Shown: one piece after another, positions 43,699-50,830 of the stretch
How positions within the stretch are numbered: the first letter of the stretch is position 1
Layout of the letters: each line of letters starts with the position of its first letter
IMG/VR virus record: IMGVR_UViG_3300027513_000020
Span: 1 to 50,830 of that record
DNA: 50,830 bases
Strand: one strand, 5' to 3'
From: a virus
Lineage: Duplodnaviria; Caudoviricetes
Program-made: the position numbers and the translations under genes
Notes under the pieces: generated by a model
What the model was told of the DNA's origin: nothing
Database searches by the model: none
The model's input: only the letters and a program-made list of their open reading frames with translations

Positions 43699-44655
43699 CT
43701 ACAATTCGAGTGACTTGGCCGCCGCGGCCGGCGCCTGCATCCGCTGGCAGAACTCCTCGAACCCGGCGCCGAGCTTCACATGCTGGACCCTCCCGGCCCG
43801 CAGCGTCTCGACATCGCGCTCGGTCAGGTCAAAAGCGGTGGCGATTACTACCACGCGCCACTTGCCGTATTCCCGATAAAGATTGATCTGCCGGAGCATG
43901 TCCCCCACCGTCACGGGATGGATCTTTACTTCCCCCAGGAGTTCGGCCGCAAAGTGCTGGCACTCGTGCTCCTCCCATTCGGCTGCCTGCACGGCCCAGC
44001 CTTTTCCCCGGATGAAGCGGGGGCCATGCACCCTGGTCACCAGTTGCCGCCGCTTCCCGTCGTCACTGCTCCAAGGCCAGGGGAAATTGCCGCTAACATC
44101 CGGAACAGCCATCGGGACCGCGATGCTAGGCTTGGAGCCGACTCCCCACGGACCATCCGGAGCCGCCCTCCAGCCCTTCCTGAAGATCGCCCCCGGCAGC
44201 TCCGCCGCACAGGCGCTGGCCTCCTCATCCGTCTCAAATTCGAGAATTCTGCTCACGCCGTCTCGGGTGGGTTCTGTCCTCACGTCGAGCTCGGCCGGTT
44301 GCGCGAAACCCAGCAGCGGCCACTCGCCACCATGCGACTCCTGCAGCGCCTTTTTCACCCACACTTCCCCCTGCGCCTCATAGCTGATCACCACGTCGAG
44401 GAAGCCGATGGTGGTCTTATATTGGTCCTCCCCCTTCGTAAGATGCGTTTCGGTTTCGACGTATTCGAATTCCCAGGAAGGAACGCCATTCACCCAGCGG
44501 TCCCGCGTCCGCGGCACACCGAGGAACGCTGCCAGCCGCGCCGCTACTTCCGGCTGTGCGAGATACTGGCAGGCCCAATCGTGGCGCCGCTCCTTCTTGT
44601 CCTGGTCCGCAAATCCGAGCTTGGCCAGCAGTGTTCGGTCGAAACTATGCATCAC
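43699..44655 (-). CDS. Putative PD-(D/E)xK nuclease-like protein
   Basis: GFLDVV...GEVK...LRQINLY; lower GC. Confidence 0.5.
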   Translation of the reverse strand: MMHSFDRTLLAKLGFADQDKKERRHDWACQYLAQPEVAARLAAFLGVPRTRDRWVNGVPSWEFEYVETETHLTKGEDQYKTTIGFLDVVISYEAQGEVWVKKALQESHGGEWPLLGFAQPAELDVRTEPTRDGVSRILEFETDEEASACAAELPGAIFRKGWRAAPDGPWGVGSKPSIAVPMAVPDVSGNFPWPWSSDDGKRRQLVTRVHGPRFIRGKGWAVQAAEWEEHECQHFAAELLGEVKIHPVTVGDMLRQINLYREYGKWRVVVIATAFDLTERDVETLRAGRVQHVKLGAGFEEFCQRMQAPAAAAKSLEL

Positions 44656-44693
44656 TCATCCTCGAATGGCGCCGGCATCCTGGCCTCGCCCGT

Positions 44694-45629
44694 TCAGAAG
44701 TCCACCTGCGGCCGGCGCCGGCTCTCACCGCGCAGCGGCAGCCAGGGGCATACCTCGCGGAGCCGGTCCACCACCGCGGCGCCGCTCCGCGGTCGCTCCC
44801 CATACTCGCCGCGGGCGACCTCATACGCCTGTCGCAGGCCCGCCGTCGTCTCGTTGGTCGTGCAGAGAGTGGGGATACCGGCCCGGATCCGGGCATTGAT
44901 GACCGGATAGAGGACCTGGTCCACCGACCATGGCCCCGGCCGCTCCCGGCCGACGTCATCGAGCACCAGGACCCGCACCCGCATCAGTAGCCCCAGCCGG
45001 TCCTCCGCGCCGCCCTCGCGGAACCGACCCTTGAATCCCTCCATCTCCTCCGGCACATTGGCGAACAGCAGCGACCCACCGGCCGCGACGAGCGTGCCGG
45101 CGAGCGCCGCGACGAGCGTGGTCTTCCCGGCCCCGGGGCTCCCGTAGAGCGTGAAGCCGGCCCGCGGGAGGGCGCCGGCCGCGCACAGGGCCGCGAAGCG
45201 CCGGCACTCCTCCACGGCCGTCCGGTTGTCGGCGTCGATCGTCCACCGGGCGGCGTAACCCTGCAGCGTGCCGCAGCCGGGCGGCAGCTCCGCCTGGCGG
45301 GTGAAGAGCGCCGCCCGGGCGGCCGCTAGCCGCGCCGCGTTCTCGGCCTCCACCTGGTGGCCGTAGATCTCGCAGCGGACGGCGTGCCGGTAGATGGGGA
45401 TCGGGCCTTGCCGGTAGCCCTCCTCCATCCGCTCGCCGCAGCCGGGACACGACCGCACCGGCAGCACGATCGCCTCCGGCTCAGCCAGCATGGCCACGGG
45501 CTCGCCACAGGTCCGCGAACTCCCGCTCGTGCCGCTCGTCGCGCGGCGTTCCACTTCCTCGGCCTGCCGCGTCAGCGCCGCGATGCGGGCCTTGTCTACG
45601 GCCGGAACCCCTGCTGCCGCTGCTGCCAT
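44694..45629 (-). CDS. DnaC/IstB-like AAA+ helicase loader
   Basis: GSPGAGKT, LVLDDVG, INAR, TTN, DRLRE, GESRR; the start may be 45491. Confidence 0.9.
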   Translation of the reverse strand: MAAAAAGVPAVDKARIAALTRQAEEVERRATSGTSGSSRTCGEPVAMLAEPEAIVLPVRSCPGCGERMEEGYRQGPIPIYRHAVRCEIYGHQVEAENAARLAAARAALFTRQAELPPGCGTLQGYAARWTIDADNRTAVEECRRFAALCAAGALPRAGFTLYGSPGAGKTTLVAALAGTLVAAGGSLLFANVPEEMEGFKGRFREGGAEDRLGLLMRVRVLVLDDVGRERPGPWSVDQVLYPVINARIRAGIPTLCTTNETTAGLRQAYEVARGEYGERPRSGAAVVDRLREVCPWLPLRGESRRRPQVDF

Positions 45630-46413
45630 TGATCCCCTCCATCGCTCGCTGCAATCCCGTCACGAAGGTGCGCACCGGCACCGGTCCCTGCTTGCCCTGC
45701 AGGTAGCCCCGGGCGTCCTCCAGGGCCGCGTCCAGTTCGTCGTTGGTGGGGCTCCGGCCGCGCTCCAGGAACCACGCCAGACGGTCCAGCAGGGGCGCGA
45801 GCTGCGGCCCGTCCCGCGGCCCGACGGCGTCCTCAAACCAGGCGTGCCGCTCGCCGTAAAAGGCGGAGGCCTGCTCCAACCAACCGCCGGGAAGCTCCTC
45901 GGGCGGCAGCAGGTCCGGCTCCGGAGCCGGCAGCCTCGCATGCGGGCGCGCGCGCGCTGCCGGTCGGTCGGCTAAGCATGGCAAGGCATGGCTCAGGCGG
46001 GGCGGTCCCGACAGAGTCGCTACAGTGTCGCGACAGGTATCCTCTGCCGGTGCCTGCGAAGCCAATTCAGGCGCGGGTGTCGCGACACAGAAGGTCTTGC
46101 CGGCCCGTTTGAGCGCAATGCGGGTGGCTTCGTCGGCGTGGTCGGGCCAGTCGTGGACGAGCAGCCGATGCCGCGGATCCCGGTCCAGCCAGCCGCAGAG
46201 GACCAGGGTGTCGATCAGCTCCTCGGCGTCACCGTCCCACTCGACCCAGGCGGCAATCTCCTCGTCGGCCCACCGCCCGATATCCCCTTCCGGGGAGTAG
46301 CGGCCGACGAAATGCCAGAGGGCTTCCATCAGGCCCATCGCCTGAAACCGGGTCAGCTTGAGCCGGCGCTGGAGACGTTGCAGTTTCGGATGATCGACGG
46401 CGCCGCGTTTCAT
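45481..46413 (-). CDS. Replication initiator protein
   Basis: DHPK...GLMEALW...LVLCGWLD...VHDWPDH; internal iterons; upstream of DnaC. Confidence 0.75.
   Translation of the reverse strand: MKRGAVDHPKLQRLQRRLKLTRFQAMGLMEALWHFVGRYSPEGDIGRWADEEIAAWVEWDGDAEELIDTLVLCGWLDRDPRHRLLVHDWPDHADEATRIALKRAGKTFCVATPAPELASQAPAEDTCRDTVATLSGPPRLSHALPCLADRPAARARPHARLPAPEPDLLPPEELPGGWLEQASAFYGERHAWFEDAVGPRDGPQLAPLLDRLAWFLERGRSPTNDELDAALEDARGYLQGKQGPVPVRTFVTGLQRAMEGINGSSGSRGSGRRQGPHRGADAAGRGSGTPRDERHEREFADLWRARGHAG
46005..46088. repeat. Iterons, probable replication origin
   Basis: 11-bp repeats GTCCCGACAGA, GTCGCTACAGT, GTCGCGACAGG and the palindrome GTGTCGCGACAC inside the initiator gene. Confidence 0.65.
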
Positions 46414-46543
46414 CGAGGGGGCTTCTCCAGGTGGTCGGCAGACTGGTAGAATGCAAACAGCCGTACGAAGCAGCCCGGCAGGCAGCAAAGTCGGTGAACC
46501 AGGCCCGGGGCGGAGCGCCACCTCCGCCCCGGGCCGCCTGACG

Positions 46544-47530
46544 TCATTCCTCCGCGAACGGATCGGACTCATCCGCCGCCGCCCCGCCGCCGGCTTCCGC
46601 CTCCAGCAGCTTTGCCGCCTCGGCGCGGAACCAGGCGGCGGTGGCGTCGTCGAGCCCCTCGAGCCACCGGATGCCGCCCTGATACTGTTGGTGGCTCCAC
46701 TCCCGCTGGGTCGTCACCCGCGGCGCCTCCGGGTTCCGCTGCCGGCGCAGGACCGTCAGGATCGCGTGCCGCTCGACGTCGCCGGCTTTCGGGAACACCT
46801 CCCCGAACAGCGCGTGGAATCGCTCGCGGGTCCGCTGCTCCGCGTCCTTGTCCGCCGGCGGCGGTTCCGCGGCCGGCGTCACGACCGCGGCCGGCGCCGT
46901 CCGGGCGGGAGCGTCGAGCACTTCGCCGGTCGTGGTGTCCACCGTGGCCGCCTGGCTGAGTTCCTCGCCGCTGTAGAGCCCGGAGAGGTCCTGTGGGAAT
47001 GCCTTCCGCAGCGCCAGGCTCTCGCAGACCTTCGCCAGCATCAAATCCGGCATCTTGGCCCAGAGCCCGACCGGGTTCGCATCCGGGTCGGTCTGGACGT
47101 AGCTCTGCCAGCGGGCGACGGCCCAGAGCGGTTCCCGGAACCCCGCCCGGAGGACCGCCACCTTCGCCGCGGCCGGCGGGCCCGCTTCCAGCCAGACTTC
47201 CCGCCACTGGCCGTCGGGGCCGCACCAGTAGGGGCCGAGCTGGCCCTCATACCGGCCGGTCCGCTCGGCGATCAGCCGCAGGCCGTCGATGCTGACCTGG
47301 ATGGTCATTACCTGCCGCTTCTCGCGCTTGTCGTACCGCTGCACGGCGTACACCTGGCGTGCCACCGGATTCAGGCCGGTCCGCTCGCAGACGGCGAGGA
47401 AGTAGCGCAGCTCCCCGTCGGTGGCGCCACGGCAGATCTGGGTTTTCACGATCTCGATCTCGCTCTCCGTCGGCCGCCAGGCCGGGAGGGGCTCCGTATA
47501 GCCGAGCCGCGCTAACGCCGTCTCACTCAT
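46544..47530 (-). CDS. bet: Phage recombination protein Bet (single-strand annealing)
   Basis: [48 protein letters not shown]...GLY. Confidence 0.92.
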   Translation of the reverse strand: MSETALARLGYTEPLPAWRPTESEIEIVKTQICRGATDGELRYFLAVCERTGLNPVARQVYAVQRYDKREKRQVMTIQVSIDGLRLIAERTGRYEGQLGPYWCGPDGQWREVWLEAGPPAAAKVAVLRAGFREPLWAVARWQSYVQTDPDANPVGLWAKMPDLMLAKVCESLALRKAFPQDLSGLYSGEELSQAATVDTTTGEVLDAPARTAPAAVVTPAAEPPPADKDAEQRTRERFHALFGEVFPKAGDVERHAILTVLRRQRNPEAPRVTTQREWSHQQYQGGIRWLEGLDDATAAWFRAEAAKLLEAEAGGGAAADESDPFAEE

Positions 47531-47771
47531 CTCCCTCTCCTCCTCGTAGAAACTCCCGCATCTGCGCGAGCGACAGCCGCTCCGGCCGCGGGTTGTGCGT
47601 GCACGCGTAGATCAGCTCCCCGTCCTCCTCCACCCGCGCCCAGGTCCCCGGCGTGCGCCGGATGTCGGGCACCACGCGGTGGAACAGCTCCTCGGCCTCC
47701 TCCCGCGTCGCCGGCTCGCAGACGACCACGCGGCCGGGCTCGATCTGCACCTCGAACCGATAGCGAGGCAT
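47523..47771 (-). CDS. Hypothetical protein
   Basis: Coupled ORF, high GC3. Confidence 0.6.
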   Translation of the reverse strand: MPRYRFEVQIEPGRVVVCEPATREEAEELFHRVVPDIRRTPGTWARVEEDGELIYACTHNPRPERLSLAQMREFLRGGEGDE

Positions 47772-48053
47772 TCAGCGTTCCCGCCCCGGCGCCGCCGCGA
47801 TCTCGTCCGGCCACGCCGGCCGCTCCACCGCGCTCGCCAGGGCGGAGCGCCCGCCCGCGAAGTGCACGCGCCAGACCGCAAGCCGCTGCTCCGGCCGCGT
47901 GATGGAGCAGGTGAGCGCCTTGACCGGCAGCACCTTGCCGGATAGGTCCCAGCCGGCGACGGTGCGGAGCTTGACCCAGGCGCCGGGCCGGAAGGGTGGA
48001 ATCCGGGTGATCGCCTGCCGGTAGCCGGGATGATCGACGTTGCGGGGCGCCAT
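47772..48053 (-). CDS. Hypothetical SH3-like small protein
   Basis: FRPGAWVKL...GKV...WRVHF; GAGGA RBS. Confidence 0.55.
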   Translation of the reverse strand: MAPRNVDHPGYRQAITRIPPFRPGAWVKLRTVAGWDLSGKVLPVKALTCSITRPEQRLAVWRVHFAGGRSALASAVERPAWPDEIAAAPGRER

Positions 48054-48242
48054 ATTCCTCGCCTGGTCGTCGTGATAGAATCGTCATGTTGAATCTCCTC
48101 GGCAGGAGTGACCATAGGCGGCCCCGTCTCTACCGGCGGGGCCGCTTCTGCGTCTACCGCGGCGCCTTCGCGAGCGCGAGGACGCAGATGGCGATGAGGG
48201 CCACGAGGGCCACGACGGCGCCCCCGTCCAGGGTCAAGAGAT

Positions 48243-48815
48243 TCAAGAGCGTGCCTCCAGAGCGGTCGTCAGGCGGGTGATGGACCCGGCGGCGTGCCGG
48301 AGCGCCGCCCGGCAGGAAATGGCGAGGCCGGGGAACGCGAGCGAGTCCAGGCAGGTCGGGATCCGCGCGCTCTCGCAGGTGGCGACGACCCGCGCCGCGT
48401 CGGCGTAGACGCCAAAGGTTTCCGCCGCGGCATCCACGGCCTCCCAGGCGTCATCTCGTGCCGTCCCGAGACCCGGCGGCCCCACGAGGTCGATCACCTG
48501 GGTGAACCGGTCCACCTCGTCCGCCGCGAGGCTGAGCAGCTCCGGGTCCGGCCACGGGGGGGCGAGGGCGGCCTGCCAGCGAGTGAGGTGCTGCTCCCAG
48601 AGCCAGGCCAGATCACGCGCCTGGGAAGCCGGCGAGGGCGCCAGCCGGTCCTCCTCCGCCCACGCCGCGACCGTCGCCGCCAGTGCCTCTCCGTCCGTCA
48701 AGCAGGGATCGGCGGAGAGCTTCGCCCCGTCGCCGGCCTCGAGGGTCACGCGTAGAGGTTCCGCGTGCGGAACGTCTGTGCGCGGAACGTCTGTGCGCCG
48801 TGCTTTGGCGGTCAT
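48243..48815 (-). CDS. Hypothetical protein
   Basis: ATGA-coupled; 15-bp tandem repeat encoding RTDVP twice. Confidence 0.6.
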   Translation of the reverse strand: MTAKARRTDVPRTDVPHAEPLRVTLEAGDGAKLSADPCLTDGEALAATVAAWAEEDRLAPSPASQARDLAWLWEQHLTRWQAALAPPWPDPELLSLAADEVDRFTQVIDLVGPPGLGTARDDAWEAVDAAAETFGVYADAARVVATCESARIPTCLDSLAFPGLAISCRAALRHAAGSITRLTTALEARS

Positions 48816-49165
48816 CGGCCGACCCTCCAGGCCCAATCCGCCCCCGCCAGCAGCGCCGGCCAGGCCGCGCCCAGCAGGACCGTCGTGATCACCAGGAGCG
48901 CCCAGGCCCACGTGACCCGGAGCCACTCGCGGCGGACCTGCTGCTGCTCCCGCGCCACGGCCGCGGCCTCGCGGCGGACCGCCGCCCGTTCGGCCTCGAC
49001 CTCGGCTGCCGCGTGCCGGACCTCGCCGGCCTGGCGCGCGAGCTGCTCCGCGCGCGTCGTCAGGTACTCCCGGACGCGGGCACCAGTGCTGGCGCCGTTC
49101 CGGCGGGTGAGCATCTCCAGCTCATCCGCCCAGTCCACGTCGTTCAGCGGCGTGTTTTCAGCCAC
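48812..49165 (-). CDS. Coiled-coil protein with a C-terminal TM helix
   Basis: WAWALLVITTVLLGAAWPALLA. Confidence 0.65.
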   Translation of the reverse strand: MAENTPLNDVDWADELEMLTRRNGASTGARVREYLTTRAEQLARQAGEVRHAAAEVEAERAAVRREAAAVAREQQQVRREWLRVTWAWALLVITTVLLGAAWPALLAGADWAWRVGR

Positions 49166-49712
49166 GGCAGCCACCCTCCTCGGCGTGTTGGCGGATCTCC
49201 TGGCGGATCACCGCGCGGAGAGCGTCCGCGAGCTGCTCGTCGAGCGGGGGCACCGGCGCCGGGGCCGGGGTCGCCGGCTCCTGATCCTCCGGCAGCTCGC
49301 ACTCGTGACCGTAGCGCGGCCGGAAGGTCTCCAGCAGGGGGGCGAGGGCGGCGAGGCTGTAGACGGGCTCGCTGGTCGCGGATCCGCCGCAGCGGGGGCA
49401 GGTGCCGACCACGTACAGCTCCGTGGGGGAGCTGCCGTAGTCCACGGACCACGCGCGCTGCCAGGCCCCGAACTCGATCCCCTGGACGAGGGCGTTGCCG
49501 GTGGGGAGCAGAAGGTCGGGCTCGACCTCCAGGTACTCGCGGAGGGCGCGGGTGACGAGGCCGCGGCGCTTCTCGGCGCGCTCGGCCTGGTCCTTCAGGC
49601 GTTCCCGCTCCGCGGCGGCTTCCGCGTCCGCGGCGGCGCCCTCGGCGCGCTCCCGCAGCGAGGGCACCGGGGCGGCGATCGCCGCCCCGGTTGTGGTCTC
49701 AAGGGTGTTCAT
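49158..49712 (-). CDS. Hypothetical protein with CxxC
   Basis: GAGGAG RBS; CPRCG. Confidence 0.65.
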   Translation of the reverse strand: MNTLETTTGAAIAAPVPSLRERAEGAAADAEAAAERERLKDQAERAEKRRGLVTRALREYLEVEPDLLLPTGNALVQGIEFGAWQRAWSVDYGSSPTELYVVGTCPRCGGSATSEPVYSLAALAPLLETFRPRYGHECELPEDQEPATPAPAPVPPLDEQLADALRAVIRQEIRQHAEEGGCRG

Positions 49713-49933
49713 TTGAGGCTCCTCTGGCGTCCCTGGCGTCCCGATCGGAGATGCACCGCGACCGAACCCAGGCGGGCCGACTTGCCGCGGTTCTTGTGGG
49801 CGCGCAGGATCAGCGCCCGCAGGGCGTCGTGGCTGATGTAGATCTCCACCTGGGTGGGCTCTCCGTCGAACGTCACGGCGAGGCGCGTCCGGAGCGGGAT
49901 GCCCGGGATGGGAACGGGGATGGTGTCGGTCAC
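49709..49933 (-). CDS. Hypothetical protein
   Basis: GTGA overlap; AAGGAGG RBS. Confidence 0.6.
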   Translation of the reverse strand: MTDTIPVPIPGIPLRTRLAVTFDGEPTQVEIYISHDALRALILRAHKNRGKSARLGSVAVHLRSGRQGRQRSLK

Positions 49934-50376
49934 GACTGGCCTCCTTCGCCGCCCTCGCGCTCCGCGAACGGGTCCTCGTACTCGCCGGGCTCTTCCTGGC
50001 CGACCCACTCGATCCGCCACACGCGGGCGGCGGGGAAGGTGACGGCGTGCACGTCCGGGTCGGGCCGGCTGTAGCCCCCGGCCTGCGGGTAGGGGTCCCA
50101 GACACCGGCGGGGATGAAGTCCACCCAGGCGCCCTGGAGGCGCAGCCAGCCTTCCTGCTGCGCGGGAAAGCCGTTCTCCCTGGGGCCGGCGACCCAGAGG
50201 CGGCCGGGCAGGAAGGCGGAAGGCGGAAGGCGGAAGGTGGAGTCCGAACCGGTTCGGACCGGTTCCCCTTCCGCCTTCCTACTTCCGCCTTTCCGCAAGG
50301 CGGGGGCGACGTGCGCCCCGTGGTGTCCATTGGTGCCATGGGTGTGCGCCCCGTTTGCGGGGTGTGGTATCCTCAT
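49930..50376 (-). CDS. Hypothetical protein carrying the in-frame palindromic element E2
   Basis: GAGGT RBS; FPAARVWRIEW; open through 50211-50294. Confidence 0.55.
   Translation of the reverse strand: MRIPHPANGAHTHGTNGHHGAHVAPALRKGGSRKAEGEPVRTGSDSTFRLPPSAFLPGRLWVAGPRENGFPAQQEGWLRLQGAWVDFIPAGVWDPYPQAGGYSRPDPDVHAVTFPAARVWRIEWVGQEEPGEYEDPFAEREGGEGGQS
50211..50294. repeat. Palindromic mini-element E2 with heptamer (GAAGGCG) arms
   Basis: (GAAGGCG)n ... TCCGAACCGGTTCGGACCGGTTC ... (CTTCCGC)n. Confidence 0.8.
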
Positions 50377-50470
50377 CGTGCGTTGACCTCTGGCCCCGCT
50401 CTGATCCGGTGGGGGCCGGGAAATGGACAGGCCCGCCGTTCGCAGCGGCGGGCCTGTCTGCGTACGTCAG

Positions 50471-50704
50471 CTAACTGCCGGTCGTCGTGGGAAGCTGGCC
50501 GGCGGCGGCGAGGGCGGCCTCGTGGCGCTCGCGGTGGCATCCCCGGCACAGCCACGCGACCGCGAGCGGCCGAGAGTAGTCCGTGTGGTGCGCGTGGACG
50601 TCGTGCGTGCGTCCGCAGTCGGCGCACGGGCCGCGGGCGATGTCGCCCCGGCGTACGGCCTGGTGCAACTCGTCGTGCGCCCGCGCCTTCTCCGGGTATC
50701 TCGC
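50471..50704 (-). CDS. 3' part of the junction-spanning HNH endonuclease
   Basis: PCADCG...HAHHTDYSRPLAVAWLCRGCH. Confidence 0.8.
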   Translation of the reverse strand, partial: ARYPEKARAHDELHQAVRRGDIARGPCADCGRTHDVHAHHTDYSRPLAVAWLCRGCHRERHEAALAAAGQLPTTTGS

Positions 50705-50830
50705 CCGGAAACGGTCCTTGTAGCGGCGCTTATCGCGACTAACGCCGCCGCGCCAGTTCGGATTGCTCGCGCCCTGGAGGCCGCCGCGCGCCGCCGCGCC
50801 CTGGAGGCCGCCGGCCCGGTTCCGGCACGC
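50705..50830. repeat. Terminal direct repeat, right copy
   Basis: Identical to 6-131. Confidence 0.95.

Noticed and set aside
1-50830. Stop-codon reassignment or an alternative genetic code
   Set aside because: TAA, TAG and TGA all end well-defined genes, and the core genes are full length under code 11.

Overview
The window is an essentially complete, GC-rich temperate tailed phage genome, probably a siphovirus. It circularises on a 126-bp terminal direct repeat (6-131 = 50705-50830, unit length about 50,699 bp), and one HNH gene reads intact across that join. Gene order: divergent cro/cI-like switch; attP formed by the 3' half of a tRNA with a CAU anticodon (probably Ile2); tyrosine integrase; HNH; late regulator; an approximately 400-nt highly structured non-coding region; lysis genes; terminase, portal, S49 protease, decoration protein and lambda-E-like capsid; head/neck fibre genes; tail module with a -1 frameshift chaperone, short tape measure, a reverse-strand moron and a very Cys-rich Asp-box protein; a rightward four-gene cassette (HTH, Cys protein, MmeI-like Type IIG/IIL restriction-modification enzyme, Schlafen/AlbA_2 protein); and a long leftward early region (ASCH, two more adenine methyltransferases, GIY-YIG, sigma factor, PolX-like, DnaC, initiator with iterons, Bet). 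The best novelty candidates are the RM plus Schlafen cassette, the large structured RNA, two palindromic mini-elements that share a 21-bp core but have different heptamer arms, four recurrent antisense-promoter/hairpin modules, two genes that appear to start at Ile codons, and the Cys-rich tail protein. All family calls come from motifs read by eye. No database search was run and the host is undetermined. No CRISPR array, reverse transcriptase/DGR or transposase was seen.
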